Source of the DNA: Adineta vaga
Lineage: Eukaryota; Animalia; Rotifera
Assembly (NCBI GenBank): GCA_021613535.1
Contig: CP075496.1
Coordinates: 9,238,001-9,302,000, forward strand
Length of the DNA: 64,000 nt
Direction of reading: 5' to 3'
Shown in pieces: positions 28,179 through 41,493 of this stretch. The notes below the pieces were generated by a model. The model was not told the origin of the DNA. It saw nothing but the letters and a program-made list of their open reading frames with translations, and made no database searches. The translations under genes and the position numbers were made by a program. How positions within the stretch are numbered: position 1 is the first letter of the stretch; each line of letters opens with the position of its first letter.

Positions 28179-30410
28179 CTATAGATTCTTTCTCAAGTCT
28201 GAAATAGATGTTTTGAGAATAAAGTCAAATAAGGGCAGTTGATTAAATTTTGTCGAATACTGGCATAGGTAATTGCAAAGATCTCGTACACTTGCTTGCT
28301 GTTTCATTAAATATTTATAAACCGTCCATATTGACTCCATTAGATTTGGATTGTACCATGTTATATAGATTAGTGGACGCATAGCTTCCGAAGCAGCCAT
28401 TATTTGAATAATCGCTATTTGTCATAGATTGAACATCTTTAGTATATATATTTTGTTTTTGCAAAAAAAAAGCAACACACCTTTTAATTGTTCATCACCA
28501 CGAAAAGCGCCACATCCCCAGTTTCCTGTGGCAACACCATACATAGATTGTTCATATGATTTTGGAAGACGAAAGCATGTATAAGCTTTGTCTAATTCTC
28601 GATGCACATTTGAAGTTGTGTACTGATCTAAAGGATTGGAAAAACAAATAGCATCCATTGCAACAACATGAGACAATTTTCGACCCCAATTATCTCTAGA
28701 TATAAACACAAATATGTCAATATTATCAATTGCAAAAATCTTCGTTATAGTAACTCACATCAGTGTAGGATCAATATAGTCATCTTTTGCTTGAAATGTT
28801 TGCGCATAACCATGATATGATACATATTGTTCACAACCAATAAGAAAGATACATTCATTTGGCTGCATAACTTCGCAAAGAAGAATACTAATCAACATTT
28901 CAGGACATATAGTAAAACGTATTTCTTCTTGGACGATACCAGTATTCATTACACCACCACCCTATAATAGTTTTATTGAAATCATTCGCAACTTATCAGT
29001 ATTCAGCATAATCTGTTTTCTACTTACAACAAATGCATTAGCGAAGTCAACTTGTAAATGCCCATGCATATCTTCTATAGTTGCATCTGTTTGTATATGA
29101 ATTGGACATAATGGAGCTTGAGATTCCATCCATTTAGGTCTCCATTGATTGGGTAAAGCAAAACGTCGAAAAGTAAGAACACCTTTTGGCACTAGAATCG
29201 TTTAATGACAATATAAGGATGTCGAAAACTAACGGATGTAAATCTTAACAGTATGCATACTTTTTTCAGTAATACGTTGAAAATAATGTAAAAGACATTT
29301 GAGTTTTTCTAGTTGCCATGGTGGTCCACTTTTGAAAAGTCTACGATATAGAATACATTTCGAGAAAATAAAATATACAATAATGTTCATTTCTTACAGA
29401 TGAAAGTTAATACTTTGATATGTTTGTCCATGAAATTGATATGGAAAGAGACAGAAAAAAGCACAGGCTAGTAATGAACCTGCTTGACGTTGAGAAATGG
29501 TTACTGTACGATTACTACCTATGCGTAGCAATGGAGGCGGCTAAATAAAGCAAAACCTATCTTTTATAAACAATATAGAAGACGTATGGATTTAGATTAA
29601 AACCTGACTGCAAATTGTATCGACATTAAGAGCAAGTGAAATCATTTGGGGAAGAGTTTTCGTCAAGAACTGTGTTCGCTGATCGTTCGTGAAAGTCTGT
29701 TGTGCAGAATATTAAAAGTAAATGGAATAAGAATACAACCGTATACTATATTACTCGATTAAGTAACTGTTCGAGGCAACCGATTTCAAATCGAGTTTCA
29801 TGACATTCTTCGATGGCTTCCTATAGAACAAAATATTTATCATTGCATAATAGGGATAAATAGACATAACTTACCTTAATATCACTAATAGAGGCAATAT
29901 TTTCAACACATTTCTGTTGTAAATGAAGCAATGCACTCTGAATAATGGACCACTTCAAACTGCCATTATTCTAAAGGAAAACATTTGAAACAAATCAAAC
30001 AAACTATAATAACCGAAAGATACTCTTAAATTTAATGGTGAACATGGTAAACGAACATGATCGTCATCCCATTTATCAATATAAACACCAGCCCCATGTT
30101 TAGGTTCAGGTTCAATATCAGGATTTGATGGATCATATTCAAATGGCTATAGGAAAGAAAGTATAAAACATCGAAATGTTGAAGTTCTTATCGATTGACT
30201 AGTGTATACTTGAATCAATAAAGTATGAGCAGGATCCTTATCTTTCATATCACTAAGCAGTGGTATTTGTTCGAGGAGATTCGGAATATCCATCAGTGGT
30301 AAACCCTATAAATACTCATTGATCAATTGGAAGACAAAAAAAACTGAAAAATATCTTACACGAAACGGAGAATGACCAAATGCTTCTGTATTTGATTGAT
30401 TATTTGCCAT
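28179..30410 (-). CDS. PARG: Poly(ADP-ribose) glycohydrolase, catalytic-domain-only form, multi-exon
   Basis: LQVDFAN...GGGVMNTGIVQEEIRF (GGG-x-QEE catalytic motif), ATGNWGCGAFRGD, WDDDHVRLPCSP. ATG at 30410. Confidence 0.92.
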
Positions 30411-30822
30411 GTTGAACCTTCAACCTTTTTATTTGTCAATAAATTCTTGTTAGGATTATCTAAAAAAAACATTTTTCGAATCTCGCAAAATAATTCTTCG
30501 TTTGTTTCTAGCTTTTGAAGCAACTGAAACTCACAGTGTTTTATTACCTATTCACATTGACAAAGTCAACAAATTGTCGATGTTTTTATCGCATGTCTGG
30601 TTTTTTTCTCTGTTCGTCACTGAAATAAAACGTCTATGAAACAAGCTTGTGTTCTGACAAACGCAAAAGAAGAAAAAGAGTAACAACAGCAACACATAGT
30701 TCTCTTTTACTGTTCATCAAATAGTCACTTATTGCGATACAGATTTGTACTACAGTTGTATTTATTGAAAATAGTTAAGTAAACGGTTTTCGTTATTTAC
30801 ATTGTTTGATTAGAGTAACAAG

Positions 30823-32385
30823 TCAGCAAATGATAGCTCGAATTCGTGACCATAAGTTAGTATTTTCTTTTTCTATCTTGTCTTCATTTAGTAGACGACG
30901 GCCAGTCCGAATATCCATTTGAGATGGTTTTACCCATTGAGTTTTTCGCCAAAATTTGTAGATGAAAAATAACAATAGAAATACAGGAATGAGAATATAC
31001 GAGACAACAAAGTTAGCTATATCGAACGGTGGAATCATACTAGTATATCCTTGAAAGAAGATGAGAAATATATTCGAACCAAGTCCAAAATAGGCACCAT
31101 ATGGATACCACAATGCTCGAAATGGTAATTCATTCACATTCACACCTTGTGCCTTCAATCCACGACGAAATTGAATATGTGTTACACAAATAACTGCCCA
31201 GACGATAAATGTAGAGACACCCGAAAGATTTATTAAATACGTAAACGCAGTTCCCACGCCGCCCGCACTCTGATTTATAAAACATATACATGCAAAAAAA
31301 TTACTAAATAGAATTGCACACCAAGGTACACCGTGTTTGCTAGTTGTTCCAAGAAATTTTGGTGCTCGTCTTGTTTGTCCGAGATAACAAACAGTTCGTG
31401 ATGTAATATAAATAGAGGACATACCAGCAGATATCACAGATAGAACAATAAGTCCATTAATCATATGAGCAGCTAAACGAATACCTGCGTTTTGTAGAGA
31501 GATAGTTAAAGGTGATACAGCTGTTTTCGATTGAGCAGAAAGAAGATGAGGTGAATTGTATGGAATTAAAAGACCAATAAAGAAGATCGTACCAAGATAG
31601 AAAACTACGATACGCCAAAAAACTTGTTTAATCGCTCGAGGCACAGCTCGTTGTGGATTTTGGCATTCACCAGCGGTTACACCTACCATTTCAACACCGG
31701 AATAAAGCGAACCAGCAATAACAAAGACTTTAGCAACACCATGAATACCATCAGCAAATGAACCTGGATTTTTCCAAAATTGCAAACCAATGTAATTGCT
31801 TCCGATAACACCAAGATCTATTAAAATAGCAAGAACAAAATAAATAAGAATAGCCAAAATTTTCATTAAACTAAGCCAAAATTCGATTTCACCATAGACG
31901 AGAACACCAACAAGCGACAGTAAAAGAAAGATAAACCACCATAGAATAATCCATGCCCATTGTGGTATGATCTGAGTCCAATACATGATCACAATCGATA
32001 TGGCATTGTATTCATTAGCAAGAATTGTTATCCATAGATACCAATAGATCCAACCGAGAGCAAAAGACAATGCAGGATCGCAGAAACGACCAGCAAAATC
32101 AATAAAAGCACCACTAACAGGAATAGTAGTTGAAATCTCACCAAGTGATTGCATAACAAAAAATACAATAATTCCTGTGGCAGAAAAAGCAATTAAAGCA
32201 CCTGCAGGACCAGCATATGCAAGTGCTGTCCCTGAACCAACAAGAAGACCAGGACCAATAATTCCACCAATAGCAATCATAGTAATGTGTCGACTTTTCA
32301 ATTCACGTTTCAGTTTCTCATTGGGTCTGTCAGGATTGGAAATATCGGGATGGATAATAGATTGATTTTCATGTAGCTCAATCAT
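30823..32385 (-). CDS. Yeast/fungal-type amino-acid permease (APC superfamily, YAT family)
   Basis: LKRELKSRHITMIAIGGIIGPGL, YGEIEFW, GECQNPQRAVPRAIKQVFWRI and MDIRTGRR motifs. About 12 TM, intronless core. First in-frame ATG at 32385. Confidence 0.92.
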   Translation of the reverse strand: MIELHENQSIIHPDISNPDRPNEKLKRELKSRHITMIAIGGIIGPGLLVGSGTALAYAGPAGALIAFSATGIIVFFVMQSLGEISTTIPVSGAFIDFAGRFCDPALSFALGWIYWYLWITILANEYNAISIVIMYWTQIIPQWAWIILWWFIFLLLSLVGVLVYGEIEFWLSLMKILAILIYFVLAILIDLGVIGSNYIGLQFWKNPGSFADGIHGVAKVFVIAGSLYSGVEMVGVTAGECQNPQRAVPRAIKQVFWRIVVFYLGTIFFIGLLIPYNSPHLLSAQSKTAVSPLTISLQNAGIRLAAHMINGLIVLSVISAGMSSIYITSRTVCYLGQTRRAPKFLGTTSKHGVPWCAILFSNFFACICFINQSAGGVGTAFTYLINLSGVSTFIVWAVICVTHIQFRRGLKAQGVNVNELPFRALWYPYGAYFGLGSNIFLIFFQGYTSMIPPFDIANFVVSYILIPVFLLLFFIYKFWRKTQWVKPSQMDIRTGRRLLNEDKIEKENTNLWSRIRAIIC

Positions 32386-33740
32386 TTCTTGATCGGAATT
32401 TATTGTCTGTTCTAAATAAATATTATATGTATACGAGTTATATTCGTACACTTTAAACAATTAGGATAGAATTTTGGTTATCAAAAAAGATTTCACATAG
32501 GATCAAGAATAGAAAAGACATGCTCTTTTTATTCTACGGTATAAAGCATTATTTTGCTCGATACACGTATTTTTGACGTGCAGAATGATTATCGATTACA
32601 AAGGATTTATCGAAGAAAAACAACATACTCATTCTTTTGTTATACTTGACGATGTGCAAAAATTTATTGAATATATTTTTTTGTGTTTCACATCTTCATA
32701 ACAAATGATTAGAAGTAAAAACAGATGCACCACTATAATTGTGTGAGTCGACTAACAAAAAGATGGACGTCTTCCTTTTCTCTGTGGTATATATATAGAA
32801 TAATTAGTTGAACGTGAATTTCATGCAAATTAATTACATATTTATAACGAACGACGATTCATTTTTTATTGCTATGTATCCAATAAAGAAAAACAACGAC
32901 CATGACCACTGCACCACTAATGAGACACTGGTGTCTGTTTTTCCTATTATACTCTCCATAATGAATATTATCGTAATATTAGTTTTCATTCAATTAAGAA
33001 GTATACATAATATTAACCTTGGTATCCAACAACTTAAAATATACTTATCAATACTCTTGAAAATAGTTCAACCTAACCAAATCTAATGATCGATATCTTT
33101 ATAAGACTAATACATGGTTGTCGCATCTATTGATATTTTTTGTCCTTTCTGCTCTACACCATGCTTTTTTTCTTTTTCCATTCTTTCGACAACAACATAA
33201 TCCTCACACAGAGAAATGGAAAAAAATAGTCTTTTCTCTTTCTCTCTGTGTACACATGACTTACACATACCGATATACACTGACAGAAAAACAACTAATA
33301 GTATTGTAGATCATTACTTTCTCATATCAGGTTAGTTGTGTGGTGAATTAGTAGTATTAGAAGGATAAAACTTGACGATCAGTTTTCATTTATGTTAGTC
33401 ATATTATGAATATTTCTTTTTATCTTTTATTCCTTTATTATTACATGAGTTACATGTTTTCATCAGATCAGAGTTAGAGTTCTGAGAAAAATATGTTGGG
33501 TATTTCGTGGATCAGCCAATAAAAGAAGAATAATATATTCTAATTGAATATCAACCTTTCATAGATATGTGGAGTACGACATATGTATGTATTACAAATA
33601 TTTGATTCGAGTTAATAATATAAGAATATCGTAGTATTACAATAGAGGGCGTAACGAATGCACTTGAATTTGAAAAAATTTGTTATTTCAGATCAAGTTC
33701 GACTATCATTACAAATCATAATTGTTGAACATACATTAAA

Positions 33741-34625
33741 ATGTCATCAGCATTACGTACAGTTACTGCTGCTAATGCTCGCGTTTTATCTGCATTAAAA
33801 TCATCACCAAAAGTTGTTGTAGTTGGTGGTACTTCAGGTATTGGTCAAGCAATTGCTATTGCGATAGCTCAACATTGTCCATCGGCTAATATTACCATTA
33901 TTGGACGAAATGAATCTGCAGCAAATAGTGTACTACCACAATTAGGATCAAGTTCAAAGTTTCTACAAGCTGATGTATCACTTATGTCCGAAATTCGAGC
34001 TGTTACACAAAAAATTCCTGCAGTAGATATGCTTATTATGTCACAAGGGATCCTGACAATGGCTGGTCGTACACCAACAATAGAAAATATTGATAATAAG
34101 TTAGCTTTACATTATTATGGTCGAGCATTATTTGTTCAAGAACTTCTTCCACTACTTCGTGCATCTCCTAATGGTGGTAAAGTTCTTTTCGTTTTAGATG
34201 GTAAGAACGGTAATCCATCGAAAATTAATTGGAATGATATGGCTCTGGAAAATACATATTCTCTTGCTTCAGCTGCTAATCATGCTCTATCATTTACCGA
34301 TCTTATTATACAATATTTTGCTTCACAACCCGAAAATGCAAATGTAACTTTTACTCATGCATATCCAGGTGGAGTTCGAACACCACTAGTCAATAGTTTA
34401 CCACTCTGGCTTCGATTACCAGCGAAAGGTATTTTGGCAATGGGTTTCGGTGTTAGTCCAGAAGAATGTGCTGAGTATATGATACATGGTATGCTTGAAA
34501 CAGATAAAGGTTGGAGATGTATTAATGAGAAAGGTGTAACAGTAGAAAAACAGAAACTATTATCAGAAGATTGGATTGAAAAAGTCTGGGAACATACAAC
34601 TCAGATGACGTCGGCAAAAAACTAG
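33741..34625 (+). CDS. Atypical fungal-type SDR oxidoreductase
   Basis: VVVGGTSGIG, ENIDNKLALHYYGR and FTHAYPGGVRT motifs. Lacks the canonical YxxxK. Possible 5'UTR intron 33331-33691. Confidence 0.85.
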   Translation: MSSALRTVTAANARVLSALKSSPKVVVVGGTSGIGQAIAIAIAQHCPSANITIIGRNESAANSVLPQLGSSSKFLQADVSLMSEIRAVTQKIPAVDMLIMSQGILTMAGRTPTIENIDNKLALHYYGRALFVQELLPLLRASPNGGKVLFVLDGKNGNPSKINWNDMALENTYSLASAANHALSFTDLIIQYFASQPENANVTFTHAYPGGVRTPLVNSLPLWLRLPAKGILAMGFGVSPEECAEYMIHGMLETDKGWRCINEKGVTVEKQKLLSEDWIEKVWEHTTQMTSAKN

Positions 34626-35289
34626 TTATATAGAGATTTCAAATATTTTCATTCATCAGAACAATCAGACAATTATCAGCATTTTTTTGTAACTGATACT
34701 TTTTCGTTCAGTCAATAAAGTGACCAAGATTTATTATGCAAGAATATGCGCATCATTTTTTTGTCAACATAATGTATGTCTGCATGTGTGTATGAATAAT
34801 ATGGATTAGATTTGATATTTGAAAAGAAGAAAGAGCAAACATAAAGAAATCTATATGTCATCATGATGTAATCATTGAATAACAAAGCAAAAAAGAAATT
34901 AAATAAATAGTAGAAAAGCATTAGAACTCAAACAACAAAGAAGTACTGTATATTGAGCAGTTGATATCGTATATTGTATAATTCAATTTTTGTTTCAATC
35001 ATTGAGACATTGATAAAAAAGATTTTTCTCATGCATTTTACTTTATATTTACTATTTCTTTTGGTCATTACCATAAATATGTTTGTCCTCAAAGAAACAA
35101 CAGTGTTAATTATTGAGAAGAATCAAGACAGTCTTATCGATATTATCTTTCCGAGTGATCCCCTATTTCGGAAAACAAACTTCTCTCCTATAGGAAAAAC
35201 ATGTAAATGACTAATCAATGGAAATCGAACAATTTGTGCTTCATGTATGATAGAATATGATGCTTTACATGATTCTTCGTCAATATATA

Positions 35290-35545
35290 GCAAATAGAAT
35301 GCAACCAAAATTGAATTAGAATGATGAGAAAAATCTGGATCCACTTATCGAACGACCTGTCCTTTTTCTCGGAGGAACAAAAGATTATGTAAGTCTAATC
35401 AGGTCTTACGGAAGATCCAACCGATACACTTCTAATTTAGAGACAGTACCATTAGATATGGGTCACTATGGGTATAAGGGAAGAAAATCCTAATGCAGTA
35501 AATCGAGAACTCGACGGGTGGTTCAACAAAATTCTGTCATTTTTA
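35290..35545 (+). pseudogene. C-terminal fragment of an epoxide-hydrolase-like alpha/beta hydrolase
   Basis: Reads LDPLIERPVLFLGGTKDY...NLETVPLDMGH / EENPNAVNRELDGW, which is the acid and His region of the fold. Confidence 0.55.
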
Positions 35546-35659
35546 TGATGATAGCGGTTTTTTTGTGTTCGTCTTATTCTGAATAGAGAGATTTATAGAA
35601 AACAGTGAATCGCTATTTATTTGTCCATCACTATTGCATTCCACAAAATACAGATAAGC

Positions 35660-36305
35660 TTAATAAAAATAGAAAAACCACATGTCATTCAAACACCAGT
35701 ATCTTCCACAATAGTCGATATCATTGATTTACATGACTATATCAACTCGATGACAATATAACCTGCATAAAAACCAAAAAGTATTTCATCTTGTTCAAAC
35801 GACAATTTTTCTTCATAATTCCCAAGATATAGTTAATAACATTATGCGCAAATACAAAATATAAGAAGAAGTACATCTTACTGCACTATTAACTATTCTT
35901 ATTCGAAATCCTCAAATGAATTTCATCAATGTTGGTGCTAATCTTGGAGCATACAGTCTGTTTGTTGCTTCTTTTGGTAGACAGATATTAGCAATAGAAT
36001 GTTTTCAGTTCAACATAATTCGAATTCGAAATGCAGTGATGAAAATTGGCATTCAATCTTCTGAAGTTTTCCTTTGTGAAACTGGCCAAGAAACATTTGA
36101 TTACTTAAATCTTCCTGTTATTCTTATAGAATGGGATATTGGTACACGATATGATGATCGATTGCATAAAGTTCTCAAATTTTTCCGCGAACGTGGATAT
36201 GTTTCAACTTCAAATATGTGTGAAGTACTCAAGTAGACGAATGCTCTTCAATCATGGCCAGGTGATATTTATTGGATGAAGGTAAATCAATCTGAAATAT
36301 GTTAA
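35660..36305 (+). pseudogene. FkbM-family methyltransferase pseudogene
   Basis: FINVGANLGAYSLF...LAIECF is fused directly to VMKIGIQSSE (middle deleted). Stops and shifts upstream. Ends WPGDIYWMK. Confidence 0.65.
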
Positions 36306-36323
36306 TTATTTGTAATCTATATA

Positions 36324-37430
36324 TTATTCAGATTTAACATGTCTACTCTTGTGTGAAAGTTTAGTTCTACGAACAATTTGTGGCTTCTTTTGATTACAGT
36401 AGGACAACCATTCGATAGGCATTTCATTGAAAACTGCATACCAATGTCCAAAATAAGTTGTCGCATTTAACAATTCGTTCGAAGGTACAACATGAAGATT
36501 GTGAGGATATTCTCCATTACAACCTGATTTCCATCTTAATCCATCAGTTAAATAATGAAATGTATGTCCATTTACAAAACATGGTAAAGTAACAAAATGT
36601 TCCGGAAAATAAGTAGCAAACAGACTCAAAGCAGTTTGATCTGCAGACCATAATGACCTAAGACCGAACTGTTGATATGCAATATCAATTGCTTTATCTA
36701 ATAACTGTGTGAAACCAATCAATCGACAAATGTTCAAATCTAATAAAACAACACCAGTTAAAAAAGGATCAGGAGCTGATGTGTTGTAAGTATAATTAGT
36801 CGGCAGAGCTGGATACCATGGTACTAAACCTAGAGCCGTTTTATTTCTTGTGAATAATTCAAATTGTTTCCAAATAGAATAAACATCATCAACAAAAATA
36901 ACATCAGTATCAATAAGAATAATGTGTTGTATATCATGGTCTAATACGTCATGAATTAATGCTTTTGAAAAAGCATAAATACCTGAATAATGTTCATTAG
37001 TAATGTGATGTTTCCTTAAAAATTGTTTGCCCATTTTCAATAATTTGTATATCGAATATATTCGAAATTTTGTACAAGCATTTGTTATAGAAGAGTAAAA
37101 GGTACTAATCAATTTTTCTCCATCCGTATCTGTAAATATATGAAACGTTAGATTATAAGATTTTCGATGATGAAACATAATTGACTTAATTGAAGCAATA
37201 GCTAACTGATTAAAGTGTTGCGTTGTACAAACAATAGCCAAATGAATACCATCTTGCATGTGATGTATTGTTGAAGTTTGAGATTCTCTTGAAACATTAT
37301 ATGATGCTAATTGAATATTTTGATTTTCAACAGATGGTATTTGATTCAAAATCAATAGTGTAAAACAAGCAATGGCGATAGTACAAAATGTGATCATCTT
37401 TAGCCAAAGTATTCTTTTACTGTGGCGCAT
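36324..37430 (-). CDS. Type II membrane glycosyltransferase family 8 (LARGE/xylosyltransferase-like)
   Basis: N-terminal TM, then IKSIMFH, HYSGIY, ILIDTDVIF (DxD), TGVVLLDL and ADQ motifs. Confidence 0.85.
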   Translation of the reverse strand: MRHSKRILWLKMITFCTIAIACFTLLILNQIPSVENQNIQLASYNVSRESQTSTIHHMQDGIHLAIVCTTQHFNQLAIASIKSIMFHHRKSYNLTFHIFTDTDGEKLISTFYSSITNACTKFRIYSIYKLLKMGKQFLRKHHITNEHYSGIYAFSKALIHDVLDHDIQHIILIDTDVIFVDDVYSIWKQFELFTRNKTALGLVPWYPALPTNYTYNTSAPDPFLTGVVLLDLNICRLIGFTQLLDKAIDIAYQQFGLRSLWSADQTALSLFATYFPEHFVTLPCFVNGHTFHYLTDGLRWKSGCNGEYPHNLHVVPSNELLNATTYFGHWYAVFNEMPIEWLSYCNQKKPQIVRRTKLSHKSRHVKSE

Positions 37431-39529
37431 CTATCTAAAATGATTTCACATGAACACAGAGTAAACTTTAGAAAATAAAATAATCATCTTGAATATTATT
37501 TTACAAATATTGACTTTTTTTAATATGTATTACTCTTCATTATATTTCTTTTTTTTGTCAATATCACTCGAATTATTTTGCTCCTCTTTCTCGTATCATA
37601 TTTTATACTCATCGGTCACCTAGAGAGGTCAGACACGAAGAGAAAGAAAGAAGAGATAAATGCAAACCATTAGAGGACAATATGCTCGTGTAATCTATAT
37701 TTTTATACAGTAATTAAAGGCTAATATGAACGTTTTTTCTTTTTATTCTTTTTGTCTAGCAAAAAATACCAATCTTAAAAAATAAATCAAATTCTACAAA
37801 GAACACCATGTTTTGCTTGTCATAGAGCCATTTCGAAGAATAATGAATACTAAGTTAAGACAACAGACACAAATTAGCTTTTTTTTGTTCTAGATCAATG
37901 CGAACATCATCGAAACAAGATTAATGCCCATTTCTGTTATCAATCAATAACATTTGTTCATTTGTATCACGCGTTTTGAAGTTATATATAGTGACTACTA
38001 TAGTGAGAAGTAACGCACTAATAAGAGAAATACTTTTGTTTGTAGTAATCCTACTGAGAATATTATGAATAATGTAATACAGTATCTTTTATTTTTTTCA
38101 CATGACCATTAATAAAAACTCTTGAATATCATGTAGATCTTTTAGTATGAGCAAAGGACGTACTTGAATTTGCGTTCTTCACGAAATAAATCACTTGTTA
38201 TAATCATAGGTTATGGTGATCGTAAAATCAGCACAAACAAGAACATCATAAATATTAGTGAGATTATTAGTTTTAACAACGATCGATTCATAGTTTGATC
38301 AGATGCATCTAATTAGGACATTTTATTCAACGCATCTTTTATTATATGTATGTTACAGACAAATGAGAACATCATCGACGAATTTGAGAAGATGTGTAAT
38401 GATGTCCACAACACTGTCACATTATTCGGTTATGTTTATAGCACATAACACGATACATCATAAATGTGCGTGCGAGGAAGAAAGAGAAAAGTATATCTGT
38501 CGGTACAGACATCTGTACGAAAATCAAGTTCATTGTGTTTTTTAAACAGTTTGTAGAGAATATAATTTTGTATACATTTATATCGCAAAATGTATTTTTT
38601 TGTAGCTCTGATGTTATGCACTATTATATTCTATATCGTTTGTTTATCAAACAATGAAATCTAAAATATGCGTATTGATCATATTGTTCGATAGTATTGT
38701 GAATGACCTAAATAATGATTGAAAGAAGATATGTTAAGATAGAGATATTGTCATTGCTTCAAGGGTTATAGTATGTCACATCGATACTCATAAAAATAAG
38801 GATACACAAGATATAATCGATCAACATGAACTCACAGATAAATTTATTATAATGAATAATATATTTTCTTGATGTGAATAGTTGTTCATGCATATGTAAT
38901 ATGTTGTTTTAAAATAGGACATGTTTATATTATTTAATTTGAAATATATCTAACTTTTTCTCATACAAACAAACAGAATGAAATGAATGAAAAGAAATTT
39001 GCATACAAAAATCACAAATGGAAGATATCGATTTAGCAAAAAATTTTTGTTTATTTGTTAGTTTGTTTCGAAAAAGAAAATCTACATTGTTATCAAAGTA
39101 TCAAAATAAATTATGAAAAATATTGAGAAAATCTAATATTCTATTTTCTTTCTTTCTATTGGCTAGAAAACAGAATAACACAAAAGTATGTGAATAATTG
39201 AATTATCACATAGAATATATTCATCTGACATTCATCGATTATCAGAATTGTATTATTCAGTATACCTTCAACAAGAAAACATATATAAGAAATCTCATCG
39301 TATGAAAACAATCTCACTATAGCTATTTGACGATAGAACATCAACATATTGTCTGTCAAAATGAATATTCTTTCTAATACTTTAGGTTAAAAAAATGATA
39401 TCATTATTTTGATCACATATCTTTTCTTTTTGGTCGAAAGCTGAATTAAAATTTATATATAAAAATAGTTTAATGAGAAAAAGAATAGTTTATTTATCAT
39501 AGTAAAGAAAATGCAGTCATAATTATGAA

Positions 39530-40096
39530 TTAATATGGTGTTTTAATTAATTTTATATAAACTTCTTCATCTCGATCTTGTTCTAAGAAATCATTTCCAC
39601 TATAATTAATAAAACCATGTTGACGTGCATTTGATAAAATTTCAACTAATTTATTAATTTGAGCATCTCCAAAAATCTAGTTAGAAAAGGAAGTGAATTG
39701 ATTCAAAATTTCATCTATTATTTTTCATTACGCACTGGTATTAATTCGCTGAATTTTATTTGTAAGGCATAATCACCTTGTGTTCCATTATCTTTAATTA
39801 ATTGATAAATATATTTTATTTCATTCATAATATTCGGAGGTATTTCCTGTTGACTAGAAATATATATATATATATGAAACAATATGATAATTGTCTTTCT
39901 CAAGGTTAAATCAAAATCATATGATAAAGACATACTCATGTATAGAATGTATCACTGGTGTAGGCCGTGCTTGAGTTTGATTGATAGTCTCTTGAAATTT
40001 ATTCAAACGTCCAGCTAAATGATTTTTTGGTTTTTCTGGTTTTTTATACATTTGTTTATCATATTCGATGGAATTGTCTTTGTTCGAAGAGGCCAT
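39530..40096 (-). CDS. Costars-domain protein (ABRA-like), 3 exons
   Basis: Spliced product ...EIKYIYQLIKDNG...IKFSELI...INKLVEILSNARQHGFINYSG..LEQDRDEEVYIKLI matches the Costars winged-helix pattern. Confidence 0.75.
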
Positions 40097-41493
40097 GTTG
40101 TTGTCGTGCTGAGTGAAGGTTGGTGAGATATGTGTATCGTTAAATATAGATGATATGAATGTGTATGTATTTGAGGCGGAAAAGAAAGAAAATAATGTGT
40201 ACATACACAAAATTGATGTTGTTGTTGGTATTAGTATGAAGAAGATATTTATAACTTCTAATGACAAGAAAAGAAGTCGACGAGCTATTCTTGCTTTCCT
40301 TTTCTAGAAATATGATAGTCGATATCGCCATTTTTTTTGTCTTTTCTGTTCGCAGTTGACGAATTTAGTAGATAGGACTCATTGAGAATGTGGACAAATT
40401 CTATTCGGAAGAAAAAGAATTAATATTCTTCGTTTGATAGCATCCAATCGGCTTATTCGACTGATATTTATCACCTTTTAAGATCTTCTCATAAGGGATT
40501 TATTTAAAGAGATAGATAAATAAGAGAAAGACTAATTGTGTATTTATATATAGTAGATTCACGATTTTTCATTCTTCAGATGAAAACTATGAATTGGAGT
40601 AACTTTCTCTAACAATTCTTATTCATTGTGCAAACTTTCTCAATCATGCGTTTTTTCCATATTAGTTATTGTAAATTTGTTTCAATAATGATCAATATGT
40701 AAATCATAGTTGTATATGCAACGATGGATGTTATACAGGAATGTATAGTTAAATATCTAAGAGTGCGATTGATCTACCATTTCCCCCGTTATTTTACAAG
40801 ATTACTTATCGAAACATGTTATCTATATTACAATGATTATTTCTTTTCTTTTCTTGTCATTGTTCTAATGAATAATATTTTTGCATTAATAACTTTATTT
40901 CAAGAACGAATTCGAATGACAGTTTGTGGCGTATATTTTCCAAACGACTGTGTTAACAGTCGCTCGACAGGACACACCGTCGTATCATCTACGATTATGT
41001 AATATAACATTCAATATCTATGTCGTTAACTCTTGATTATATAGCGATATGATTAATTGTTGGTATTTCAATTGGAAAAAGCGTTGATCAAATGTTTAAA
41101 TTTTGATTTCTATGGATCATGTCTTCGTTCAATTTTACTTTCATTAGGATTTTTTATAGTTGTAGCTCGTGCGACTGTCTTTATTATAGTTTTTAAGCCA
41201 TTTTAGTATCTCAACATTTCATACTTTCTCGATGTTTAAAAAGCAGAAATTCTACGGAATCATTCCACGATGTGTATTAATATAGCAGTTTTCCTTCAAT
41301 TTTCACATGAAATATATTTTTTGTTGTAGATTAACTGAATAGTATACATATATTTAAGATTAACTCACTTACAAGATGGAATACTAGACTATTTTATAAA
41401 GAAATAAACACGAAGGAAAAGAGAATTTGGTTGTTTCTGGTATAAAGAAAAAAAATTAAAAAGAAATTGATCAATACCATTGATTTTTTTCGT

